From a virus (lineage: Duplodnaviria; Caudoviricetes), in the IMG/VR virus record IMGVR_UViG_3300020045_012053, positions 1-49,567 of that record: DNA of 49,567 bases; one strand, given 5' to 3'. Below the pieces are notes generated by a model that ran no database searches, was not told where the DNA came from, and saw only the letters and a program-made list of their open reading frames with translations. Both the position numbers and the translations under genes were made by a program. Positions 28,254 to 37,601 of the stretch are shown in pieces; position 1 is the stretch's first letter; each line of letters opens with the position of its first letter.

Positions 28254-28499
28254 TCAAGAAATTAAAAGTTTAAAAGTTTCAAAATCTATTGGATAAACAT
28301 CGCAAGAATTTCTGAAAGATAACTCGAATTTTTGAGTGCATTCTGAAAAAACAATAGCTAAATCTTCAAATTGCTCTTCTGTCTTAGAAACTTTTGTTAA
28401 TGTAAGACTCTTTTCTTTAAGTAGATTCCAAATGATTAATCTTTGTTTAGGTGTTGATTTTTTTAAACCCATTCCTTGATTTTGTTTAAAAGAAGCCAT
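28254..28499 (-). CDS. Hypothetical protein, 81 aa
   Basis: First gene downstream of boxed promoter 2. Confidence 0.65.
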   Translation of the reverse strand: MASFKQNQGMGLKKSTPKQRLIIWNLLKEKSLTLTKVSKTEEQFEDLAIVFSECTQKFELSFRNSCDVYPIDFETFKLLIS

Positions 28500-28535
28500 A
28501 ATTTCTATTTGTTTGTTTTAGCTTTATTGCTGAGA

Positions 28536-28598
28536 CAAATATATAACTTGATTTGAGTTAATCAATCACAAACTTGATTTTTAACAAAATTTTAACAT
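28536..28598 (-). promoter_or_regulatory. Boxed promoter 2
   Basis: Box 28580-28598, CAA 28563-28565, CAAATATA 28536-28543; 28521-28543 is identical to 4262-4284. Confidence 0.8.
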
Positions 28599-28605
28599 TT
28601 GACAA

Positions 28606-29010
28606 TTAAAACTGAATAGTCTTGGTTTTTACGTTTTCAAGCATTTGTTCTACTTCTTTTATAGTAAGTCCTTGAAAGTCCAATTCAGTACAGCAAATCG
28701 CTTCTTTTACGGTTCTTGCAAGCCTCCAAACACCTCCTTGACTTTCTAATATACGAGCCCATTCAAGCTGCTGCTCTATGTGTTCCCTTTTATGTCGCGT
28801 TCCGGGTTCCTTAATTTCAATACCTACAATCAATTTAAAGTCAAAATATATAAAATCCGAAACTCCGGGAAAGATACCAATTGATCTTGCCTGCATAGCT
28901 TGCAGGGCATTATTTCTTTCGTTTGAAACGTGAAAGAGTTGTCCTCTTTTCAACGGAAAAAGCTCGCTATATTTGCGAGCTATATCCGATTGAAGTCTAA
29001 TTTCAGACAT
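28606..29010 (-). CDS. VRR-NUC domain nuclease (Holliday junction resolvase-like)
   Basis: SE..LQ, FHVSNE, G..PGVSD, IEIK, EQ..W motifs. Confidence 0.88.
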   Translation of the reverse strand: MSEIRLQSDIARKYSELFPLKRGQLFHVSNERNNALQAMQARSIGIFPGVSDFIYFDFKLIVGIEIKEPGTRHKREHIEQQLEWARILESQGGVWRLARTVKEAICCTELDFQGLTIKEVEQMLENVKTKTIQF

Positions 29011-29012
29011 TA

Positions 29013-29417
29013 CTAAAAAGGTAAATCGTCTTCCGGTTCAAATGTATCAGAAGAAGCAGCTCCAGCAGAGTCCTGAGTTTGTGCTGCAAATTCCTTAATA
29101 CTTCCGAGAATTGGCTGAATCGCTTTTGCTTCTTCTTTTTCTTCGTCTGTTTTAAGTGCTTTGTAATCTTCGGTACTCAAAGATTTAGCAATAAACCCGT
29201 TTTGTCCTTTGTCGTCTTGTTCGTCTTTTACGATTATTCTAACAGGAACATAAACCGGAACAGATCCGTCTTCAGCGGGTTTTCCCAATGTCAATTTGTT
29301 GACTGCAAAAGGAATAAATATTCCATCAACTGGACCTGTTTTTCCTTTACAAGTCATTTTCACGTGCTTCATTTTTGTTAAAGCGATACTTCCAGATAAA
29401 ATTCTCTGTCCTGCCAT
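29013..29417 (-). CDS. ssb: Single-stranded DNA-binding protein (Bacteroidota-phage type)
   Basis: OB-like N-terminus, PILG motif, acidic EPEDDLPF tail. Confidence 0.72.
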   Translation of the reverse strand: MAGQRILSGSIALTKMKHVKMTCKGKTGPVDGIFIPFAVNKLTLGKPAEDGSVPVYVPVRIIVKDEQDDKGQNGFIAKSLSTEDYKALKTDEEKEEAKAIQPILGSIKEFAAQTQDSAGAASSDTFEPEDDLPF

Positions 29418-29437
29418 TTTGTTATTTATTTAAGTTA

Positions 29438-30496
29438 TTAAAAAGGTAAATCGTCGAAATTAACTTCGACTTTTATTGTTGGTTCCACGTGGAACTGATT
29501 TTCTTGTTGTTTTGGCTGCTCTCCTTCTTTGATAACCCTTGGTTCTTGAGGATTAGGCGGAGGCGGCAATTGTTTTGGTTCCTTTGGAAGATCGTAACTG
29601 ATTTCTTTTTTTTCTTCTTTATTTCCTGCTTTGAAAAAGTCTATTTCTTCATATAGGATTTCTTTCAAACTTTCTCCTTCTTCAAGCCATCTATTTACAG
29701 TCGATTCCATTATTTGAATTCGCTGCTTTAATGCGTTCAAATGTATTGGACTTTTCTTAATTATTTGAATGGTAATTTCCGTTTCGTTACACCATTCTTC
29801 ATAATAATCCATTATGTTTTCAACTCGCAAATATACGTTTATATCTTTAGGAGGACTCGCAACAACGTAATAATTTTCTTCGACATCCCAAGCTAACATT
29901 TGGCCTTGAGTTTGCCAAAAGTCAGTTCCTTTTTCGTCCATTAAATCAAAAGTACGATCATATAAAGAACTCCAACTTGCACACGCTTTAAATTCTCCGG
30001 AACCAACTATTTGTCCATCAAATTCTCTTTTTACAATAGCGTCAGAACTTACTCCAGCAGTAGGAAATTCGTCGAATGCTTTGTATCCAACTTTTTCAAG
30101 GACAAGTCCAGATTCTAACAATTTTTCAGCAGCTCTTCTAAATATTAACGGCTCAATAATTGTTCCGTATTTCATTTCTTTTGTCGAATCGCTTTGAATG
30201 TATCTTCCAGTTTTTCTTTCCATTGCGTTGGCAAAGATATACTTCAATGCTCCTTCGCTGAAAAAATAAACCTTTTCATTGTTAAACCAGTCCAATCTTC
30301 CTCCTCTGGCGTTACAAGTCATACAGTTTTTAAACTGAGAACCAGTCCAATTACCACGTCTTTCTTCTTGCCATAATTCTGTTCTTTGCAGTTCGTTTCC
30401 TTGAAAATTACCTTCGTTTTCATCTTCTTCCGGATCATACAAACTACTATTTATTTCTAAATCAGAAATTTTTATCGGTGCTATTTGTAAGTTCAT
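29438..30496 (-). CDS. YqaJ/lambda-exo family exonuclease
   Basis: QRTELW..ERRG.WTGS, M.YG...EP, S.D, EFK, WQ.QGQM motifs. Confidence 0.85.
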   Translation of the reverse strand: MNLQIAPIKISDLEINSSLYDPEEDENEGNFQGNELQRTELWQEERRGNWTGSQFKNCMTCNARGGRLDWFNNEKVYFFSEGALKYIFANAMERKTGRYIQSDSTKEMKYGTIIEPLIFRRAAEKLLESGLVLEKVGYKAFDEFPTAGVSSDAIVKREFDGQIVGSGEFKACASWSSLYDRTFDLMDEKGTDFWQTQGQMLAWDVEENYYVVASPPKDINVYLRVENIMDYYEEWCNETEITIQIIKKSPIHLNALKQRIQIMESTVNRWLEEGESLKEILYEEIDFFKAGNKEEKKEISYDLPKEPKQLPPPPNPQEPRVIKEGEQPKQQENQFHVEPTIKVEVNFDDLPF

Positions 30497-31006
30497 TTAT
30501 TCTGTTTTTTTGTTTCTAATAAAAGAAAAATCCGAAGCCATTTCTCGTCCTAAGTTTCTACCAAATAAATTTGCAAATGTCGTGAATGCGTTGCTCAAAG
30601 CTGCTGCTCTTGCTGCCGGAGCGTTGTATTCCAATGCGTTCGTTTTTTTGCCGATTGGAAATTTTGAAGCACTACTGTTCGCGTCCATTTGAATTGGTTT
30701 AGATCCGCTGCCAGTCATATACCTATGCTCTGCGTGAGGGTAGTCAGGCAAGTAACAAATTTTAATCGTGCAAAGAATTTCATTAACTATTAACTGATAA
30801 TTTTCTTCTACTACATCGCATTCTCTGAAAAACTTGTCTCCTAATGCTTGTTGAATTCCAAGAGGTATGTATTTGGAAGATTTTCCATTACCTAACGACC
30901 TTGATTTAATCCAGCTCTCAGGAGGTGAGTTCTGTAATGCCTGAGTCCAAGTTTCTTTATCTTTGTACTGATAAACTTCTTCAATTTCTTCAATTTTTCC
31001 TTCCAT
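30497..31006 (-). CDS. Single-strand annealing recombinase (Rad52/Sak-like)
   Basis: KYIP, A...ALSNA...F...FGRNL; adjacent to the exonuclease and SSB genes. Confidence 0.7.
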   Translation of the reverse strand: MEGKIEEIEEVYQYKDKETWTQALQNSPPESWIKSRSLGNGKSSKYIPLGIQQALGDKFFRECDVVEENYQLIVNEILCTIKICYLPDYPHAEHRYMTGSGSKPIQMDANSSASKFPIGKKTNALEYNAPAARAAALSNAFTTFANLFGRNLGREMASDFSFIRNKKTE

Positions 31007-31007
31007 T

Positions 31008-32636
31008 TTATGTCAAGTTATTTTCGCAATAATTAATCGCTTTGTCTGTTATTAGTTTACTCCATCGATATTGAGCAGCATAGTCTTCGAGTTCCTTTTT
31101 CTTGCCTCTGTGCCAAAGTTGCCTCCAAAGCCAAGGCTGTTTGTGTCCTTTGATTTCTCGGTACTTTGTAAGTTCCTGCCAGTCCATATTTGAAAAAGAC
31201 TTGGACTTGATGCTAACTCCGTTTTCATCCAGTATTTTAGCAAGAATTAAATCCGCTTCAGCTCCTTCTTTCTTTTCCGGATATTTAAAGCCACAAAACG
31301 GACACATTGTATAAGATGCCAAAATTAAACGCTTGCATCCTTTTTCGATGTGGTTAGCTGATTTAATAGCTTTTCCGGAAGAATTTATTCCGCATTCTTT
31401 TAATGGCGGCACTCCAGAAACTTTTTTTGTATCGTGCCAAAGACTCCAATTTCTATTATCGTCATAGTTGCCAAGACGCTTTTTATTACCTCCAAAATCA
31501 AATACAGTAAAGTGAGTTTTTCCAGTTTTTTCCGAAATTCTGGATCCACGGCCTAACATTTGAAGCCATAAAGATAATGAAGTGGTCGCTCTGTAAACCG
31601 CTACAACTTCTATATCAGGACAGTCAAATCCTTTTGTTGCAATATCAACGTTTACTAAAATTTCAAAGTTGTTATTTTTAAAGCCGTCGAAAACTTCTTT
31701 TCTTGGACCGGAATAAGATTCGTAATTCTTTCTAAAAAATTGATAACGTCTTTCTCTTTCGTTGTATTGTGATTTTTCAGCCTCTGTCGCGTCTTCTTTT
31801 AGCTTTGGAGGAGTCATTTCAGAACAAACGAATTTCGCGTTGTAGCCTGCTTTATTAAACTCAATTGTCGTCTTGATGGCGTGCTCTATATTGCAGCAAA
31901 ACACAAGCATCTTCTTTCCGTGTGTCTTTGTTCTGTAATTGTTTAAAAGTCCTTGATATAGCTTTGGTTTGTCGAAGCGTTCAAACATACTTTGTTCGCT
32001 GTAATCTCCAGTTATATTATTGACTTTAACTCCTTTTAAATCCGGAGAATCACCTTCGTATAAATCACAATTTAACAAATACCCTTTTTGAATCAAGTCC
32101 TTTGGTTCTGCTCCTCGAATTAATCTTTCGTAATCCAAACCAAGTTGACGCTGTTTTCCGCTTCTTATTGGAGTAGCTGTAAAACCAAGAACTTTTTTCT
32201 TGTCAAACAATCCGCTTTCAAACAAGTGATTGAATTCTTGAATGTGTGCTTCATCAATAATTATTAAACTGATTTCTTCAAGGATAAACTTTTTCCATTC
32301 GTCCAGTTGAATTCTATTTCTAAGCGTCTGCGACATTGCTATGAAGATATTTTTTCTTCTGTCAATGTATTTTGAACCTGCTCTAATATAAGAACAATTT
32401 ATATCAAATTTTCGGATCGTTCCTCCTGCCTGTGTTAACAGTTCTTCACGGTCTGTTATGATTAAAACATTGTTTCCTTTAGCTGCTGCATTTTGTGCAA
32501 TATAGGAAAAAATAACTGTTTTTCCTCCTCCAGTTGGTAACTGAATTAAAATATGTTTTACTCCTTGAGTGATTAATTTTCTTGTTTCATTTGTTACTCC
32601 GTCCTGATAATCGTATAAATTAATTAGGTTCTCCAT
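31008..32636 (-). CDS. SF2 DEAH helicase with C-terminal zinc finger
   Basis: LPTGGGKT, DEAH, TATP, GFDCP, QMLGRGSR and CPFCG motifs. Confidence 0.93.
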   Translation of the reverse strand: MENLINLYDYQDGVTNETRKLITQGVKHILIQLPTGGGKTVIFSYIAQNAAAKGNNVLIITDREELLTQAGGTIRKFDINCSYIRAGSKYIDRRKNIFIAMSQTLRNRIQLDEWKKFILEEISLIIIDEAHIQEFNHLFESGLFDKKKVLGFTATPIRSGKQRQLGLDYERLIRGAEPKDLIQKGYLLNCDLYEGDSPDLKGVKVNNITGDYSEQSMFERFDKPKLYQGLLNNYRTKTHGKKMLVFCCNIEHAIKTTIEFNKAGYNAKFVCSEMTPPKLKEDATEAEKSQYNERERRYQFFRKNYESYSGPRKEVFDGFKNNNFEILVNVDIATKGFDCPDIEVVAVYRATTSLSLWLQMLGRGSRISEKTGKTHFTVFDFGGNKKRLGNYDDNRNWSLWHDTKKVSGVPPLKECGINSSGKAIKSANHIEKGCKRLILASYTMCPFCGFKYPEKKEGAEADLILAKILDENGVSIKSKSFSNMDWQELTKYREIKGHKQPWLWRQLWHRGKKKELEDYAAQYRWSKLITDKAINYCENNLT

Positions 32637-32637
32637 A

Positions 32638-33240
32638 TTAAGTCAACATTACAGGCATAATCAAGGCTTTAATTTCGTCTTCCATTGCATTGAGTTCTTC
32701 CAAGTTTACAGCCTTATTTCTTGCGTGAAAAACAAATCTAAATGCTTTGGTTCCACGTGGAACTCCTTTTGCTAATCTTGCAATTATATCAAGATTTAGT
32801 CCAATATCGTCAAGAGGTTGTTTGTCTTTGTTGTCCAGTAAAACTTTTTCGTATTTAGGATAAGAATCTCTAATATAACGGCATTTAAAAATCTCTTCCG
32901 GTCCTGCAAAAACACGAGCATAATCTTCATCTAAATGATATTCAAAAGGAAAACAATAGTTTTTCCAATTACCCATATACTTATTTTTATTGAATAATTC
33001 AGTAGGAACGATTTTGCAATCTTCTGTTTTAAATTCAACATTTTGCGGCATTTCAACTTCTTCTCCAAATTTCAATTCAATTGGATACATTATTAAAATG
33101 TGAGCGTCTGTACAGACAAGTCTTTTATTTATTAAATCGACATAAACTCCCATCATTGCAGGTCTAAAATCATCGTTTCCAACAACGTTATTCAAATGTG
33201 AATGAGCTACGTTTGTACTATTGATAAAAATTGCTTTCAT
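32638..33240 (-). CDS. Short DNA polymerase III beta-clamp-like protein
   Basis: DDFRPAMMGVY, LVCTDAHIL, YPKYEKVL and LIMPV motifs of the DnaN middle/C-terminal domains; only 200 aa. Confidence 0.75.
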   Translation of the reverse strand: MKAIFINSTNVAHSHLNNVVGNDDFRPAMMGVYVDLINKRLVCTDAHILIMYPIELKFGEEVEMPQNVEFKTEDCKIVPTELFNKNKYMGNWKNYCFPFEYHLDEDYARVFAGPEEIFKCRYIRDSYPKYEKVLLDNKDKQPLDDIGLNLDIIARLAKGVPRGTKAFRFVFHARNKAVNLEELNAMEDEIKALIMPVMLT

Positions 33241-33243
33241 AAT

Positions 33244-34998
33244 TTAGTCTTTATAAAATACTTCTCCATTTTCGATTAAAATTTCTCCATCTGTAAGATT
33301 AGCTTTTTCAAAATCTCCAGTCCAGTTAGCAAACAGCCATAAGCCTAATTCTTCCGACATCCTGTCTAAAAGTGCTTTTGTTTTTTTGTCAATCGGCACT
33401 TGGTCAATCCAAAGGTAAGGCAGCATTTTTGCTTTTTTACTCAATAAGTATCTTTGAATAAGTAGGCAAATCATAGGTTTTTGAGTGTCAGAATAAGCAG
33501 CTAATTTTCTCAAATCACCGTTTGGATTATGGAAATATTCCGGATCATAACTACCATTATACATCAAGTAAATGTCATTATCTCTTGCAATTTTATTTCC
33601 GTCTTTGTCTAAGTCAAATTCTGGACTAATAAACAATCCGTCAACTCCTGTATTAATTTCAGTTAGTTTATGGAAATAGTCTTTTTTGATAGCTTTTACT
33701 TCTTCATCTTTTTCTTTCCACGCTTGAAAAGAATTGACTGCCGAAGCGTCTTTGTTGTGCTGCTCAAAAGTTTCTTTGTCTATTTTTTTGTCTGCTAATT
33801 GCTTTTCTAAATCTTTGGTATCTACAACTCCAATAGGCTCTTGAAATTTAGTGGTATAATTCAAAGCAGCAGTTTGATAATCCTCTATCAATTTAATAAT
33901 AGAATCGTCTAAGAAGTCTTCTTTTTTGGAAATACAGCTACCTCTTTCGTTGAAAGTAAGTTCTTTTAAAAGATCTTCAACAGGTATTTGAATAACAGGC
34001 ATTACAGCCTCAATGCTTTTCACAATAGCAACGCATTTTGAATCAATACCGTCTCCATACTGTCCGTCCCAAGGAAATAAAAGCATTAATTTTTTCTCAA
34101 TTTCCTTTAAAAGGTTTTTTTGCGCTTCAACTTTAGAATTATAATCGTCGTGAAGTTTTTGAATTCTTTCGTTTTCTTTTTTAATCTCGTCGTTCTTGTT
34201 TCTTAACTTAGTATTCGCTTCGGTTCCTGCTAATTTCAGCACGTTTAAAGCGTTTTCTCTTGTGGAAGCGACATTTGTAGTTGCAAGGGTAATTTTCGCG
34301 CTTAAATCAGCGATTTCTTTATCTACAATAGACAAGTCCCTGAGAGTCCAAACTGCTTTATAATCAATTCCTTTTTTATTCAAATCGTCTGCTATACCTC
34401 CGCATTCTTTTCGCTTCATATCAGCGTAATTTCTTGCGTTCTTTGCTTTCTCGATTTTGTCAATAATACTGTCCGGATATTTTGGATGGTTTTTATCAAA
34501 ATAAACTCCTCTTTCTTGTAATTCGTTTTGGTACAAATTTAAAAGAATATCTCTTTGAACGGTTGGATTTTCGCTTGTAAGTTCGTTAAGACTCCAGGTT
34601 AATGCTGTTTGAAGCGATTTTAAGTAGTTTGCAGGAGTTAATTTCTTTCCGTCTATAACAACGTCCTTAATTTTTTTTCCTTCACTGTCAGTCGTGTAAA
34701 TAAAGTAATCCAAAGCTCCATCGTCTTTGCTTTTACACCCTACAAAAACAGGAGTATTTCCGTCTAATAATTGAGCGACTATGTTAATATTATCACCAAG
34801 CAATGTTTTATCCTGCATTGTTTGAGAACCTTGAGTCGTCAGTTTCATTGCACGTTGTAAGGTGCTTTTTCCGGAACCAACTTCTCCTTTAATAACTGTC
34901 AATCTGTTTGCTTCGTCGAATTTTAATTCAACAGCTTTTAAACTTCCAAAATTTTCATTAATAGATAGTCCGATGATTTTAACTTGCTTTTGTTCCAT
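33244..34998 (-). CDS. SMC/RecN-like ABC ATPase with coiled coil
   Basis: Walker A GEVGSGKS, long coiled coil, signature-like YSDTQK, Walker B YLWIDQ. Confidence 0.82.
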   Translation of the reverse strand: MEQKQVKIIGLSINENFGSLKAVELKFDEANRLTVIKGEVGSGKSTLQRAMKLTTQGSQTMQDKTLLGDNINIVAQLLDGNTPVFVGCKSKDDGALDYFIYTTDSEGKKIKDVVIDGKKLTPANYLKSLQTALTWSLNELTSENPTVQRDILLNLYQNELQERGVYFDKNHPKYPDSIIDKIEKAKNARNYADMKRKECGGIADDLNKKGIDYKAVWTLRDLSIVDKEIADLSAKITLATTNVASTRENALNVLKLAGTEANTKLRNKNDEIKKENERIQKLHDDYNSKVEAQKNLLKEIEKKLMLLFPWDGQYGDGIDSKCVAIVKSIEAVMPVIQIPVEDLLKELTFNERGSCISKKEDFLDDSIIKLIEDYQTAALNYTTKFQEPIGVVDTKDLEKQLADKKIDKETFEQHNKDASAVNSFQAWKEKDEEVKAIKKDYFHKLTEINTGVDGLFISPEFDLDKDGNKIARDNDIYLMYNGSYDPEYFHNPNGDLRKLAAYSDTQKPMICLLIQRYLLSKKAKMLPYLWIDQVPIDKKTKALLDRMSEELGLWLFANWTGDFEKANLTDGEILIENGEVFYKD

Positions 34999-35000
34999 AA

Positions 35001-35198
35001 TTATCTTTTATATTTTTTAATTGGATTTTCATCTATGTTTTGAAAATCTTTGTCATTCCAGTCGGCGTCAGAATCTATAACTTTCCAAAGACTTCCATTC
35101 CAAAGACCAATTTCATATTCCTCGTCTTGAAATCTTATCCAGTAATATCCTTTTTCTCTGTTCATTGCATTTATTTTACTCGGTAACGTTATCCACAT
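35001..35198 (-). CDS. Hypothetical protein (Trp-rich)
   Basis: REKGYYWIR...EIG.WNG..W pattern; start uncertain (35198 or 35165). Confidence 0.65.
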   Translation of the reverse strand: MWITLPSKINAMNREKGYYWIRFQDEEYEIGLWNGSLWKVIDSDADWNDKDFQNIDENPIKKYKR

Positions 35199-35213
35199 TT
35201 TTTTTAAATTAAA

Positions 35214-35272
35214 GTCAAAAAGTAGGGTTTGAACCTAATTTTCGCCTCGAACATTTCTGAACGCTTTTTGAC
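35214..35272 (-). ncRNA. tRNA-like mini-element (9-bp closing stem + T-arm)
   Basis: Minus strand GTCAAAAAG...TAGG-TTCAAAC-CCTA-CTTTTTGAC, intergenic. Confidence 0.45.
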
Positions 35273-35533
35273 TTATATTAAATTCAGTACTTCGACAGTT
35301 TCACACAATTCTTTTTCAAGTTGTTTTCTTCTGTTTTCAAGACGTGCTTTTAAAACTGCATTCAGTTCTATTGTAACGTATCCAATTTCCTGATTAGAAA
35401 GTTTATTTTGATTAACCATTCCGTTGGTAAGAGTATTGGCAATCTCAACGACTAATTCGTCTAATTGTTCTTTTCGGTTTGGAACGAATTTATCCTGTAA
35501 ATTTTTCCAAAAGTTTCTGAAATTACGCTTCAT
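35273..35533 (-). CDS. Hypothetical coiled-coil protein
   Basis: 86-aa ORF in operon. Confidence 0.65.
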   Translation of the reverse strand: MKRNFRNFWKNLQDKFVPNRKEQLDELVVEIANTLTNGMVNQNKLSNQEIGYVTIELNAVLKARLENRRKQLEKELCETVEVLNLI

Positions 35534-35708
35534 TAGGATATTCCGTTTTAAGGTCCGTCATAAGTTTGTCGAAACGAACTTTTTGCTTGTCAAGTTCTTC
35601 GATGTAACCCGGAATTCTTGTAGTCATTCCACAGCGGTCCGCTTCTTCAATTTTTCTTGATAAAGAGTTAATTTTTAACCCTAATTTCTTTAATTCCTGT
35701 ATTGCCAT
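35523..35708 (-). CDS. Hypothetical coiled-coil protein
   Basis: 61-aa ORF in operon. Confidence 0.65.
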   Translation of the reverse strand: MAIQELKKLGLKINSLSRKIEEADRCGMTTRIPGYIEELDKQKVRFDKLMTDLKTEYPNEA

Positions 35709-35731
35709 TTTTTTATTGGTTTTTTTAATTA

Positions 35732-35920
35732 TTATTTGTTCCAGACCAATAAGTGGTCTTTATTTTCAATCACATTAAATGTTTCTTCTTGGTTTTCTTT
35801 AGCGTAAAAGAAATCTCTTGCTTCTTTATTTGACATTTCCTCACTTCCAACTACTGCGTGAAAATCATTGTTAAATAAAACTGTTCTAATTTCTCTTACT
35901 GTTAATTTTAAAGTTGACAT
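35732..35920 (-). CDS. Hypothetical protein, 62 aa
   Basis: Start MSTLK at 35920; the upstream ATGs lie inside the promoter. Confidence 0.65.
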   Translation of the reverse strand: MSTLKLTVREIRTVLFNNDFHAVVGSEEMSNKEARDFFYAKENQEETFNVIENKDHLLVWNK

Positions 35921-35951
35921 TTTGCTGTGATTTTGTTTGTTAATTGTTTGA

Positions 35952-36014
35952 CAAATATAAATCATCATTTTAAATATACAACTATGAATATATATTTTAA
36001 CAAAACTTTAACAT
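35952..36014 (-). promoter_or_regulatory. Boxed promoter 3
   Basis: Box 35996-36014, CAA 35979-35981, CAAATATA 35952-35959. Confidence 0.8.
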
Positions 36015-36015
36015 A

Positions 36016-36891
36016 TCAATATCTCAGTCCATAAGAACTGGCTACATAGAAAAAAGCAGCTAATTTAATGCGATTCATTTTTGCGCAACTCCTGTATTTT
36101 AAATCAGTATCTTTTGCGTTATATTCTGAATTTTGGCTACTCACTTGATGGAAGTAACTAAGTCCGGACTCTCCGAAACCGTCATTGAGTGCTGCTCCAA
36201 CTTTAACCCAATCTTCGTAAGACTGAGTAATGTCCATTCCGGTACTGCTAATTATTTCGATAATTTTCTCAACTTTTTCAGTGTCTGATTTAGAAACGTG
36301 CGTTCCTGCTGTCGGCTTTCTTTCAACTTTCTTTTTAGGTGCTTCGTAAAATAATGCAGCGGGATTGTAATAAGCTTCTCGGTCAACAGAGAAAAAACGA
36401 AGACGAGTATAATCTTTGCAGGACTCGTCTATGTTTACTCCAATTCGAGAAAGATTGTCCCGAAATAAATCAAAATACAAACCTAATTCGTTTTCGTCTT
36501 TTATCCTTATAATTGCATAAATACCATCGCCGGAAACGGAATAGCCGCAGTATAAAGTACAAGGATGTGACATAAACATTTCCTTTACTAAAAGCATATC
36601 GACGCATTGATTACAGCGTTTTTTCTTGCTCTTGGTATGTCTGTCTATATCAATACAAATCAGGTTATTTTTTTTAACAATATTGTTAAGGTTCCTTTCA
36701 GTGTGAAACGAAGCGGATATAGTAGCGCAGGGTAATTTCTGTTTCAGTTTTATGTCATAAGTTTGTCGATAAGAATTAACAAGTTCTTCCAAGTCCTTAG
36801 ATGGATTCATAGTTGCTTCCAGCCAAGTTTCTAAATCATATTCAAGTGGAATATTATCTTTAACGTGTTGAAAAACAGAAATTTTGGTCAT
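36016..36891 (-). CDS. Primase-like protein (BT4734/VirE-N AEP-like domain + PriCT-2)
   Basis: K.KLP..T.S, IDID, S.SG.G, D..CKD.TRLRF.S.D; C-terminal Y.DW.KVG.AL....G...FH..S...Y motif. Confidence 0.85.
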   Translation of the reverse strand: MTKISVFQHVKDNIPLEYDLETWLEATMNPSKDLEELVNSYRQTYDIKLKQKLPCATISASFHTERNLNNIVKKNNLICIDIDRHTKSKKKRCNQCVDMLLVKEMFMSHPCTLYCGYSVSGDGIYAIIRIKDENELGLYFDLFRDNLSRIGVNIDESCKDYTRLRFFSVDREAYYNPAALFYEAPKKKVERKPTAGTHVSKSDTEKVEKIIEIISSTGMDITQSYEDWVKVGAALNDGFGESGLSYFHQVSSQNSEYNAKDTDLKYRSCAKMNRIKLAAFFYVASSYGLRY

Positions 36892-37601
36892 TATACGCCG
36901 GTTTTTTTATTCCAAATTACAATATGAAGTCTTTCAGTATATTTTACTCGATGAACTTTACAAAGCTCAACAACGACATTTCTTGTTTTATCTAACTGCT
37001 CTTGATTTTCTCCAGCAGGCATCAAGTAAACCTTATTCTTTTTAACTGCGTGATTCGAAATAAATGTGTTGAACATATCTTCGTAATCTTCTTCTTTTTC
37101 AATAACAAATTTGAAAATTGAAGTACCCATACCATTCAGCATTTTAATTGCCTCAGGATTAATTCTTCTTTCAACAGACTCTCCGCTGTTTTTTAGTTTA
37201 GGCGAAACGTTCCAATAATCAACAATCATTCTAAGGTAAGAATTAGGAATTATCGTTCCATTGGTTTCGATTTCAATTACTGGCTTCCAGCCAAATCCTT
37301 TTTGAAACCACTGCAAAAAGTCTGTAATTTTTTCTTGATGAAGTAAAGGCTCTCCTCCTGTAATTACCAAGTGAGCCCCTGCTTTTAAAGCAAGAAAAAG
37401 TTCACCCGTCAATACTCTTTCGAAAGACTGTTTTTCACCTTTTCGCCATACTTCAATAGTATCACAAATCCAGCTATCGGACTGGCAAAGTAAGTTACAA
37501 CCTGTTAATCTTAAAAAGACTGCTGGTGTTCCTACTGTTTTTCCTTCTCCTTGAATAGAGTAGAATTTTTCAGAAACCATTAAATAATTTTTATTTTCCA
37601 T
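36891..37601 (-). CDS. queE: 7-carboxy-7-deazaguanine synthase (radical SAM)
   Basis: E.FYSIQGEG, FLRLTGCNL.C, ITGGEPLL, IETNGT, VSPKL, RLH motifs. Confidence 0.93.
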   Translation of the reverse strand: MENKNYLMVSEKFYSIQGEGKTVGTPAVFLRLTGCNLLCQSDSWICDTIEVWRKGEKQSFERVLTGELFLALKAGAHLVITGGEPLLHQEKITDFLQWFQKGFGWKPVIEIETNGTIIPNSYLRMIVDYWNVSPKLKNSGESVERRINPEAIKMLNGMGTSIFKFVIEKEEDYEDMFNTFISNHAVKKNKVYLMPAGENQEQLDKTRNVVVELCKVHRVKYTERLHIVIWNKKTGV

